IMG/VR virus record: IMGVR_UViG_3300031513_000002
Length of the DNA: 36,399 nt
Reading direction: 5' to 3' (one strand)
Origin: a virus
A model generated the notes under the pieces. That model worked only from the letters and a program-made list of their open reading frames with translations, was not told where the DNA came from and did not search any database. Positions within the stretch are counted from its first letter, which is position 1. Each line of letters opens with the position of its first letter. The position numbers and the translations under genes are program-made. Shown here one piece after another: positions 1 through 7,889 of this stretch.

Positions 1-59
1 ACAGGAAGGTTTTCTCTATGCTCGGACGGTTATGGCGTCGCTGGCGGCTCCGCCGCAGC
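1..59. repeat. Terminal direct repeat, copy 1 (identical to 36341-36399); assembly overlap of a circular molecule or true terminal redundancy
   Basis: Read directly: acaggaaggttttctctatgctcggacggttatggcgtcgctggcggctccgccgcagc occurs at both window ends. Confidence 0.95.
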
Positions 60-356
60 GGTCAGGTCTTCTGCTACTTTGACGGCCAGCGGAAACGCTA
101 CGGCGATCCGCTCCAACTGTGGCGTGCCTTTGTGCACCATCCGGCCAACCTGCCCGCCCTGGCCCCGGCCGTAGATGAACAGAAAGAGCCGGAAACTACC
201 CAGTTCATCCAGGGCGTCTGCGAAGTGTTCGGCCTGACCCGCTACGATCCGCTCAGCGGGCAGGGCCTGACCGATGCTGAGGTGCTGATGACCTTGGAGA
301 GCTTCCATGCCTACTTGGAGGCCGTCAAAAAAAAAGCCGGCCTTGGATCGACCTGA
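18..356 (+). CDS. Tail assembly chaperone, short (G-like) product
   Basis: 112-aa ORF directly upstream of the tape measure gene. RBS aggaagg at 3-9. A slippery A9 run lies 7 codons before its stop. Confidence 0.55.
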   Translation: MLGRLWRRWRLRRSGQVFCYFDGQRKRYGDPLQLWRAFVHHPANLPALAPAVDEQKEPETTQFIQGVCEVFGLTRYDPLSGQGLTDAEVLMTLESFHAYLEAVKKKAGLGST

Positions 357-631
357 TCCTGACCTACGGTTGGCAGGTGCTCTGCCTGCCGGGAGCACCC
401 CGGCTGGACGCACAATTCCGCCTGGCATTGGAATTGGACCAGACACGAGCCATGTGGCGGCAGGCCTGGCCGATCGCCCTGGGCATCCACATGGCCCTGG
501 AAGAGATACCGCTGGCAGCGTTCCATGCCATCTATGACGATCCGGAGGAGGCCGAGGCCCAGCACGCCCTGCATGAGGCCCGCAAGCGTGTGGAGTTGGA
601 CCAGTGGCACTGGAAGAATATGCCCGAATAG
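18..631 (+). CDS. Predicted -1 frameshift fusion (GT-like) tail assembly chaperone, frame 0 to frame -1 at 327-335
   Basis: The -1 frame is open from the A-run through the listed ORF 377-631 (read as K S R P W I D L I L T Y G W Q V L C L ...). It ends at 631, overlapping the tape measure start. Confidence 0.45.
327..335 (+). promoter_or_regulatory. Slippery heptanucleotide-type run (gtc aaa aaa aaa gcc) for programmed -1 frameshifting
   Basis: A run of nine A residues in a GC-rich genome, at the canonical position (3' end of the gene before the tape measure). A GC hairpin ggcagg-N7-cctgcc lies about 40 nt downstream. Confidence 0.5.
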
Positions 632-1740
632 TTGATGAAATCTCGCGTGGAGCTGAACAGCTCCGCAAAAGCCTGAGCGATGCGACCAAGGCCCTGCGGG
701 AGCAGCGGAAGCTGCTGTCGGAAACTGTCCAGGGCATTGGTCAGGCAGCACCTGCTGGCCAGCGGGTGCTGAATCTCGACCGGCAGGGCGCAGTGCTTAA
801 CGCCCGGGCCATCACACGGGCTTTGCAAGCAGGCGGAGCGGATCGCACTGGGCGTACCGAAGGCCCTGCCACTGTACCAAGTGCCCTGTGGAGCGTAGGC
901 GAGCAAGTGACAGGGCGTGCCTTCGGTTCGCCAGGCCGACTGCTCATGCGAGCCTTAAGAGGCCTGGGCGCCCGCGGGGCCGGAACAGCGGCTGCGGAGG
1001 CTGGCACGGCGGGAGGCGGTCAATTGGCCGGTCTGCTGCGGGGAGTGCCGCTGGGCAGGCTGGGTACAGCCCTGCTAGGGAAAGCCGGTGCTGGGGCGGC
1101 GGCAGGCGGGGCCGGAGCAGGGGCAGCCGGGGGCGGGGCGGCAGCCGGTGGAGCCGCAGCAGCCGGCGCGGCGGCATTGGGGACGGTGGCGGCAGTCGTC
1201 GGGGCCATTGTCGGTCTGGTGGCAGGCATCATATTGGCCACCAAATTTCTGGGCAAACTGGCCGCCAGCGTGCGAGAGGCCGCCGAGGCTTCGCTGGAAG
1301 CCAAGCGGAAGTACGCGGAAGTGGTGCCGTCAATCGCCGCCGTACTGTCGCGTAAAGAGGTCTTCGAGCTGCGGGAGCGTGCCAAGCGGGGACGAATGGT
1401 CGCCCCATTGGCCGAGGCGGAATTAAAGAGCTATCAGCGATGGGCTGAACAAACTCGTAGCATTGAAATTCTTGGCGAAACAACCGCCGCAGCCGTGAAG
1501 CTAGGCTTCCGTGAAGCCTTGCTACCGGTTCTGCGACTGTTGGAGCCGATTGCCAATTGGGCGTTGAAGAAGCTGGGGATGATCGAAAAAGACTACGACA
1601 TCAAGTCTCCCTTGGAGCACCCGATTCTAAAAGCCTTCGAGTATATGCGGCAAGCACAAATGGGGCTTTATTGGGGCAGAAGGGACTACAGGGAACGCCG
1701 CAAACCGCCAAGGCCGTTCAATCCGGGGCCAGGAGAGTAG
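604..1740 (+). CDS. Tail tape measure protein (short, 378 aa)
   Basis: GTG start. The N-terminus is helical, followed by a long Gly/Ala-rich hydrophobic segment (AGAGAAAGGAGAGAAGGGAAAGGAAAAGAAALGTVAAVVGAIVGLVAGIILA). It follows the frameshifted chaperone pair. Confidence 0.6.
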   Translation: MALEEYARIVDEISRGAEQLRKSLSDATKALREQRKLLSETVQGIGQAAPAGQRVLNLDRQGAVLNARAITRALQAGGADRTGRTEGPATVPSALWSVGEQVTGRAFGSPGRLLMRALRGLGARGAGTAAAEAGTAGGGQLAGLLRGVPLGRLGTALLGKAGAGAAAGGAGAGAAGGGAAAGGAAAAGAAALGTVAAVVGAIVGLVAGIILATKFLGKLAASVREAAEASLEAKRKYAEVVPSIAAVLSRKEVFELRERAKRGRMVAPLAEAELKSYQRWAEQTRSIEILGETTAAAVKLGFREALLPVLRLLEPIANWALKKLGMIEKDYDIKSPLEHPILKAFEYMRQAQMGLYWGRRDYRERRKPPRPFNPGPGE

Positions 1741-1741
1741 A

Positions 1742-3583
1742 ATGGCCACGCGCGTCATCTACAACGATGTTGTTCTCAATAATGTGCTGATTCGGGAATT
1801 CCGACAGGAAGTGGTCTATGACGCGAGCCGCACCGACAGTCTTTTCAGTCGATACACTATTACCGTCGAAGGCTTGATCACAGATTACGCCGCCGGAGTG
1901 CATGTCACGGATCGCTATGGAACGCGACAGCGAAGCAACGAGTGGCTTCGCACCTTGCGGATCGCGCTGTCGGAACCGCGACGACAACTGCGGATCGAGC
2001 AGGTGGAATGGCTTGGCGGGCAGGAACGGGCTGAAGTGATCTTGTGGTGTGATCCCGCCGACCAGTCTCCGAGCAACCCTGCCCGTGATCTGAGTAACGG
2101 CCCGAAGCCGATCGACTTGCAGGTCAAGGCGTTTCTGGGAACTCACGCAATCCGGATCGTGTGGACGGTCCAATGCGACCTGCTCCAGCCGCCGATGAAC
2201 AGCCATGAGCTTTCTTTTTTGGATGGCTACCAGGAACCACAGCCGGTGCTGGACAATCGTTGGAGCGTGGCCGAGGAGTTCGATGAAAATCTCTTCTGCA
2301 CTCGCACGATCAGCGGTTCGCTGCGGATGAGCGTTGCGGCGGCCAAGACGGGATTTGATTACCGATGGCTGGCAGTGCCGGGACTGGAAGCAGGATTCAA
2401 AAGGCAGCGAATGCGGTACGCCGTGCAGCCTGACGGTCTGGAGGTGCAATACGAGATCCAGGACCGGCAGTGGCACACCATGCCTCCCTGGCCCTGCACC
2501 GACATGCGGATTCGCCACCAACGCAGCACTAACTACGGACTGAATCACCTGGCCGTTTGTGACGTCGAATTGTCTGGCCCACCCTACGCCCCCAAAACCG
2601 CACTTCTGTGTCGGCTGGCCCAAATCCTGGATTTTTATTTGGGTCTCTTGCAGAACGCCAAGAACTACAGCAAGACCTGGACGATTCGTCAAGCAGACCT
2701 GATTGAAGAGGTCGGCCCACAAAACCGGGTCTCGGGCCGGATCGAAATCCAGATTCTCGGACCGGTCGATGAGAAGACCAAAAGTTATAGCGATGAGTTC
2801 TTGACACAGCACTTGATGTCGATGGGCCGCGACCTGGATTTGACTGGGCAGCCTGATCCGCAAGTCCCCCATCATCAGTCACCTGGTCCTTACTCGCCGA
2901 GCATTGCGGAAATGCCCAGTCCCTTTGGCTACAACACATGGGGAGGCGAACGCAACGCTGGGGTGATCGCCCTGTTCCAATGCTATTTGCAGCGACCCTA
3001 TCGACCGCCTCATGGGATGGCCAACTGGCCCGCTCCACAACCCGAAGAATCCGAAAAAGAGGCCCGCGAAAAGCCAACCAAAGTGGAACGTGTGCCCGCC
3101 GATCAGCTCGTTCCGGAACGGAGCGACAACTACTCTGACGAGCACAAACAGAACCTGTACACATACGTGCGGATGAAGAATGTCTACTCGATCGACCTGA
3201 TGAAAGTCGGCTGTCCGCAGATCTACGACGCCAATCGCAAAACAACCCAAGTCATACAGCTTGCCCAGCAAACCGTCCGGCGAACCGTTTTGTATGACGC
3301 AGAGCGGCTGGGCACCTGGCCGGAGCTTCCGCAGCCGACCGATTACGAATTGCCGGGGGGCAACAAGGCAGTGCTGGTCAAATACAAGATTTCGCCGTTT
3401 CCGCCGACGACCAGTGCCACCGGCGAAGGTTTGATCTACCGCGTGCAAGGCCGCTACCAGTGGATTCTGGAAGAACCTCTGGAGCAGGACCAGCACTGGC
3501 CGCTGGGCCATCTGCCGCACGTGGATGACAAGACAGACGGATTTTTGCCCTCGTTCGCGGAGCGGATCGGGCCGAAGTCATAA
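1742..3583 (+). CDS. Tail or baseplate structural protein (distal tail or hub position), function unknown
   Basis: 613-aa ORF with RBS aggagag, starting 2 nt after the tape measure stop. Called from synteny only. Confidence 0.4.
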   Translation: MATRVIYNDVVLNNVLIREFRQEVVYDASRTDSLFSRYTITVEGLITDYAAGVHVTDRYGTRQRSNEWLRTLRIALSEPRRQLRIEQVEWLGGQERAEVILWCDPADQSPSNPARDLSNGPKPIDLQVKAFLGTHAIRIVWTVQCDLLQPPMNSHELSFLDGYQEPQPVLDNRWSVAEEFDENLFCTRTISGSLRMSVAAAKTGFDYRWLAVPGLEAGFKRQRMRYAVQPDGLEVQYEIQDRQWHTMPPWPCTDMRIRHQRSTNYGLNHLAVCDVELSGPPYAPKTALLCRLAQILDFYLGLLQNAKNYSKTWTIRQADLIEEVGPQNRVSGRIEIQILGPVDEKTKSYSDEFLTQHLMSMGRDLDLTGQPDPQVPHHQSPGPYSPSIAEMPSPFGYNTWGGERNAGVIALFQCYLQRPYRPPHGMANWPAPQPEESEKEAREKPTKVERVPADQLVPERSDNYSDEHKQNLYTYVRMKNVYSIDLMKVGCPQIYDANRKTTQVIQLAQQTVRRTVLYDAERLGTWPELPQPTDYELPGGNKAVLVKYKISPFPPTTSATGEGLIYRVQGRYQWILEEPLEQDQHWPLGHLPHVDDKTDGFLPSFAERIGPKS

Positions 3584-3595
3584 GGAGCGCACACG

Positions 3596-5161
3596 ATGCA
3601 GTTGTACAGTCAGACCGGCGACGATGGTCTGTTGAACTTGTTGGCCAAGGTCTTCGCCGCCGCCAACACGCTTGACGGGGCCAGAACCGGGTCGGTTCGC
3701 ACCAAGTTTCAGGCGGTCCGCAACGTGCTGGACCTGATGCCCGAGGCTGGAAACTATCTATCCAGCCTCAACGGCTGGAACGCTGCTGGCGGCAGTCTTC
3801 AGCAGCAGGCAATGACTTTGGCCGAACAGCTCTGTCTGCGGTATGTCGAGGAGCTCGCCTTACCGCGACCGACGATTACCGATGCCTTGCATTTAATCCT
3901 CAATGAGCTGGAGGAGCAGGCTTACTACTTCACTGGGTCAGTCGCGGGAATCACCCTTGGGGAGCCCCAATCCAACCAAGGCGATGTGGTGCTCATCACG
4001 ACTCATCGCAATGGTCTTGGCCATACCTGCTTGCTGCTGCCCGAGGAAATTGCAGCTACCATCACCAACAATCGCTTGCGGCTGCAGGGCTACGCCAGAC
4101 ACGAGCGTACCGACCCACAGTGGCCGCAAGGTTCGGGCATCAAGCTCGACCTGTCCTTGGCCACGCCGCAGCAATCCTTGCTGGCCAACGCCGACTTTGA
4201 AACCATTACTGACAATCAACCGGCCAATTGGCTGGTGCGGACCGGCACGCTTGGACAAACCATCCAATGGACGGAACCGGAACAACAACAGCTACAGATT
4301 ACCGGCTCGCCGACCGGCGGCTATTACGTGCTGTATTGGCAATCGCCCACCGGTCGAGAATGGGAAACCCCAGCCATCCCCTACAATGCCAACGCCAGTA
4401 CCATCCAGACGGCGTTGCGGACGATCCCCGGCTTGGAACTGGTGACCGTTTCGGGAACCAACCCATTCACTGTGACTTTCGAGGGCACGCCAGGCGACAT
4501 CAGCCAACTGACGGCGATGAATCGCTTGACCGGGGGTTCCAACCCGCAGGTCCAGATCACCACTACCCGTCAGGGCGATCCGGGCAGTTACCGCGGCCGC
4601 AGTCTGCGGCTGGTGGGCAACGGCAGCGAACAGACGATGCTCTTTCAGACAGTGCGGCTTCAGCCGACCACCGTCTACGCCTTCTTTGCCCGCGCGAGGC
4701 GCAGTTCGGGCGCCACCGGCACGCTGCGCTTTGAACTCCGCAAAGGCGTCGATGACGGTCTGCTGATCGACAACAAAGGCGGCCAGAACCGCATTGCGGT
4801 GAACGTGGCCAGTCTCTCGGACAACCAGCATGGGGCGATTACCGGCACGTTCCGTCTGCCGTCACGCGAAAGCACTGTGACTTTCGTGATCCATGTAAGC
4901 ACGGCCTTGCCCGCCAACAAGAGCGTGTATCTGGATGAATTGATCCTTGTGCCGGCCACACAGATGTATGCCGGCGGCCCATTCATCGCCGCTGCCGGCG
5001 GATGGAAGCCGGCCGAAGGCGATCAGTGGACCTTGCAAGTTACTAACGTACCTGGACCGTGGCCCAAGGCATTCGACCGCTACTTGCAGCTTCGCGTGCG
5101 GACTGGGCGTGCCCTGCCTACCTCCGGCACGACACAGATACCCGATTCGCTGTTGGAGTAA
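3596..5161 (+). CDS. Putative receptor-binding or tail fibre protein with a C-terminal jelly-roll, CBM-like domain
   Basis: RBS aaggag. The C-terminal pattern (VYAFFARARRS...GTLRFEL...TFVIHVS...SVYLDELILV) resembles carbohydrate-binding jelly-roll modules. Position is within the tail module. Confidence 0.4.
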   Translation: MQLYSQTGDDGLLNLLAKVFAAANTLDGARTGSVRTKFQAVRNVLDLMPEAGNYLSSLNGWNAAGGSLQQQAMTLAEQLCLRYVEELALPRPTITDALHLILNELEEQAYYFTGSVAGITLGEPQSNQGDVVLITTHRNGLGHTCLLLPEEIAATITNNRLRLQGYARHERTDPQWPQGSGIKLDLSLATPQQSLLANADFETITDNQPANWLVRTGTLGQTIQWTEPEQQQLQITGSPTGGYYVLYWQSPTGREWETPAIPYNANASTIQTALRTIPGLELVTVSGTNPFTVTFEGTPGDISQLTAMNRLTGGSNPQVQITTTRQGDPGSYRGRSLRLVGNGSEQTMLFQTVRLQPTTVYAFFARARRSSGATGTLRFELRKGVDDGLLIDNKGGQNRIAVNVASLSDNQHGAITGTFRLPSRESTVTFVIHVSTALPANKSVYLDELILVPATQMYAGGPFIAAAGGWKPAEGDQWTLQVTNVPGPWPKAFDRYLQLRVRTGRALPTSGTTQIPDSLLE

Positions 5162-5167
5162 CACACG

Positions 5168-5668
5168 ATGGCCGATCGTCAAGACACTACCCGGACGGCT
5201 ATCTTGCAATGGGTGCTCGACCGTCTGCGGACGCAATTGACGCTATCCGACAGCCATTGTTACTTGACCGCCGATGCAATGGCCCCGCCAGTGATTCCGC
5301 CGGGAGATTTCTTTCTGACGGTCAGCCCGGGCGCAGGCCAGTTCGTACTGGGCGAGGCCGCCGTGGGCAATCTCACCGAACATTGGACTTTCCGCGTGCG
5401 ACTGTTTGCTCGCATCGTGGTAGATAAAGCGGGCCAAGACCAGCAGCGGCTCCTGGATGACCAGCGGGGACTATTTGCCTGGCAGCGGAGAGTATTGGCA
5501 GCGCTGACCGGGGCTGACAATCCCGATTGGAACCTGCGGGGCTGGATCGCTCCGGTAACCGCTTCGGAAGTGCAGTGGGTACAAGGTGGGCGGAACGGAG
5601 AATTAAACTACCTGACGATGACCATCGACTTCCAGGCCGATTTCGATTGGGACATTAACCTGTCGTGA
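5168..5668 (+). CDS. Small virion protein (tail or neck completion-like), unknown
   Basis: 166-aa ORF with RBS ggag, tightly packed between tail genes. The stop overlaps the next start (GTGA). Confidence 0.35.
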   Translation: MADRQDTTRTAILQWVLDRLRTQLTLSDSHCYLTADAMAPPVIPPGDFFLTVSPGAGQFVLGEAAVGNLTEHWTFRVRLFARIVVDKAGQDQQRLLDDQRGLFAWQRRVLAALTGADNPDWNLRGWIAPVTASEVQWVQGGRNGELNYLTMTIDFQADFDWDINLS

Positions 5669-7464
5669 GCACGCCGTTCAATTTTCTGCAATTCGATCCT
5701 CAAGGCAGACTGCGGACTTTTTTGGCCCACTGGTTTCCGCCAGACCGTTTGTCTTGGGCTGGGGAAGACCCTTATCGCAGCGTCCATGCCCTGCGGCCCC
5801 GGCCACCGGCGCTGCAACTGCCTCACTGGGGCGACTGGGAGCGATTCGAGGGTCCGGTTATCCTCTCCGATCCGCTGGTGGGTTTGCCGCAAATGCCTTG
5901 GCAAACCAGGCCGCCCGAATTTGTGCTGAACAGCTTGTGGGTGCCGACTGGCGCGAGCCGCAGTAGCATTGGGCTATTCCTCATTGCCGAAGAGTTGGCC
6001 CCGGGCACGGCCGTTGCTTTGACTGTCTACCCCGACACAGAGGCTGAACACCCGTGGAGTTTCTCGCTGGAAGTGCTGTTGTGCCTGCCGTTCACTCAGG
6101 ATGCTTGGCTGGTCGTATTGGTCGATCGTCGCCATCATGAGGCCAGTCGCTTGGTGGCCTTGCCATACTCTTCCTACTGGTGGGATCACTTTAACGCGTT
6201 GCCCTTCCACGATCGCGTCCAGGGTTATCAGCCGCCGAGTGTTCAACCCGACCCGTGGCTGTGGCACCGCCAATTACCCGCTGGACTAGTGCTGGATGCG
6301 CTGGCGGCATGTGCCAACCAGCGGGTTGTGTATGATCTCACAACAGACACTTACATTCTTCAGAATCAGAACGAGGCTGAGGCGGCTTTAGAAGCTAATC
6401 AGCAGCGGTTTGCCAGCATTCCGCCAATGGCCCGGTTTGCACCGAATAGCACGCCAGGCATAGGGCAGGTGGCGGTCAGTTTTCCCGAGGCCCTGCAAAT
6501 CCGCGACGATCTGGTGACATTCCGCCCGGAGGGCAGCCGCCAAGTACGTTCCGAGCATTTAGGCGGCCAAACGCCGGTCAGCGCTTGGACCAGCTTTCCG
6601 TTGATCTATGACCTTCAAGGGCAATTGACCAATGCCGAGCAGGTTCAAGCGGTGCAGGACGCTATTGCTGCCTATTACAGCAGTTGGGGCCGGTATGCCA
6701 CGCATTACCATTTCAGCCTGCCGGTCAGTGGCCGGTGGGATTTGGGCGGCAGCGATGATTATTTCTGGTTGTTCTGGGAACAGCGGGAAACGAAATACTA
6801 TCCGAAACTGCTGGTTTCCAGCCTGCCGCCGGGCTGCTGGCCGGTCGAATGGCCCTTTGGGTGCCAATTGCCCAGCAGTAGCAGTTCGAGCAGTAGTTCG
6901 AGCAGCAGTTCCAGCAGTGAGTCGAGCAGCAGTTCAAGCAGCTCCAGCAGCAGTGCAGGCGGCTGCGGTGGTTTCACGGGAACACTCAACGTGCTGACTA
7001 GCGCTGTACGGACCGGCGACTTTATCAATTTCCAGCGCCGTCGTTTCAACTTCGTTGACGGCTGTCTGGTTGAGGTGCAGGCGGCATCCAACGTCGCGGT
7101 CTATCTATGTTGCCCGGCCAGTTCCAGCAGTGAAAGCAGCAGTCCCAGCAGTTCCAGTAGTTCCAGCAGTGGCAGCAGCAGTCCCAGCAGTTCCAGTACT
7201 TCCAGCAGTGAATCCAGCAGTGAAAGCAGTAGTGAATCCAGCAGTGAAAGCAGTAGTGAATCCAGCAGTGAAAGCAGTAGTGAATCCAGCAGTGAAAGCA
7301 GCAGTGAGTCCAGCAGTGAAAGTTGCCAGGCCTACAATTGCCGCTGGCGGTGGAACGGCTACTGGTGGGAATTGATTAGCGACTGTCCCTACCCGTGTAA
7401 CTGTCCGTATCCCACACGGGATGGCGAGTATGAAGGCGAAGAACTGGAGCAGCCTTGCCAGTGA
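5665..7464 (+). CDS. Tail fibre-like protein with two poly-Ser/(SSSE)n tracts and Cys/Trp-rich C-terminal knobs
   Basis: 599-aa ORF. Ser tracts encoded at 6874-6954 and 7120-7323. The intervening 55-aa segment contains Cys. The terminal segment reads CQAYNCRWRWNGYWWELISDCPYPCNCPYP. Confidence 0.55.
   Translation: MSTPFNFLQFDPQGRLRTFLAHWFPPDRLSWAGEDPYRSVHALRPRPPALQLPHWGDWERFEGPVILSDPLVGLPQMPWQTRPPEFVLNSLWVPTGASRSSIGLFLIAEELAPGTAVALTVYPDTEAEHPWSFSLEVLLCLPFTQDAWLVVLVDRRHHEASRLVALPYSSYWWDHFNALPFHDRVQGYQPPSVQPDPWLWHRQLPAGLVLDALAACANQRVVYDLTTDTYILQNQNEAEAALEANQQRFASIPPMARFAPNSTPGIGQVAVSFPEALQIRDDLVTFRPEGSRQVRSEHLGGQTPVSAWTSFPLIYDLQGQLTNAEQVQAVQDAIAAYYSSWGRYATHYHFSLPVSGRWDLGGSDDYFWLFWEQRETKYYPKLLVSSLPPGCWPVEWPFGCQLPSSSSSSSSSSSSSSSESSSSSSSSSSSAGGCGGFTGTLNVLTSAVRTGDFINFQRRRFNFVDGCLVEVQAASNVAVYLCCPASSSSESSSPSSSSSSSSGSSSPSSSSTSSSESSSESSSESSSESSSESSSESSSESSSESSSESSSESCQAYNCRWRWNGYWWELISDCPYPCNCPYPTRDGEYEGEELEQPCQ
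6874..6954 (+). repeat. Poly-serine coding microsatellite (27 codons, agc/agt/tcg mix, one Glu)
   Basis: Read directly from the sequence and the ORF translation. Confidence 0.9.
7207..7323 (+). repeat. Tandem repeat, 24-nt unit agtgaatccagcagtgaaagcagt, about 4.9 copies (encodes SESSSESS)
   Basis: Copies start at 7207, 7231, 7255 and 7279 (the first three identical, the fourth with one substitution). A degenerate partial copy starts at 7303. Confidence 0.9.
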
Positions 7465-7868
7465 TGAAGTGCGATTGGCAAGAAATCTCGCCTGGACAGT
7501 GGCAATGCCGCCGTTGCGGTACGCTGGTCGTTTCCACGGTCGATGCTGACGGCAAGGTGCTTGTGCCGCCGCTGGACCAATTGCCGCCTTGTGGGCAATC
7601 CGTATTTGGGGCCACCGAGGAGAGGCCCCCAGTGACAGTACAGGCAATCAGCTATGCCAAGGCTTTGGCCCGCTGGATCGCCGCCGGACGACCCACGCGG
7701 CCGCCGGCAATAGTGCAGCAACTCTACCAGGTCTGTACAGCCTGCGATCGTTTCGATCCGGGCGGCGATCGGTGCCGGTTGTGCGGATGCCGGGTCAGCC
7801 AGGATGCCGGCGGCTGGCGAAACAAGATCGCCATGGCCACCGAATCCTGTCCCCTGGGCAAGTGGTGA
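7464..7868 (+). CDS. Small Cys-rich (putative zinc-binding) protein, function unknown
   Basis: ATG at 7464 overlaps the fibre stop (TGATG). Cys motifs: CRRCG, CTACDRF, CRLCGC, ESCPLGKW. Confidence 0.55.
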   Translation: MKCDWQEISPGQWQCRRCGTLVVSTVDADGKVLVPPLDQLPPCGQSVFGATEERPPVTVQAISYAKALARWIAAGRPTRPPAIVQQLYQVCTACDRFDPGGDRCRLCGCRVSQDAGGWRNKIAMATESCPLGKW

Positions 7869-7889
7869 TTAGTTAATTTTAACCAACCG

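Noticed and set aside
30-737. 235-aa minus-strand ORF across the chaperone region
   Set aside because: It is antisense to the chaperone and frameshift ORFs, with a Pro/Arg/Gly-rich composition and no RBS.
960-1260. Gly/Ala-rich GC repeat region as an independent repeat element
   Set aside because: It is explained as the hydrophobic Gly/Ala transmembrane-like segment of the tape measure protein. The DNA shows no exact periodic unit.
1718-2875. 385-aa minus-strand ORF
   Set aside because: It is antisense to the 613-aa tail gene, which sits in a tightly coupled + strand operon. It is a shadow ORF.
6874-7323. CRISPR-like regular repeats
   Set aside because: The repeats are contiguous, with no spacers. 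They are in frame and encode Ser/Glu tracts inside a long ORF, so they are coding tandem repeats and not a CRISPR array.
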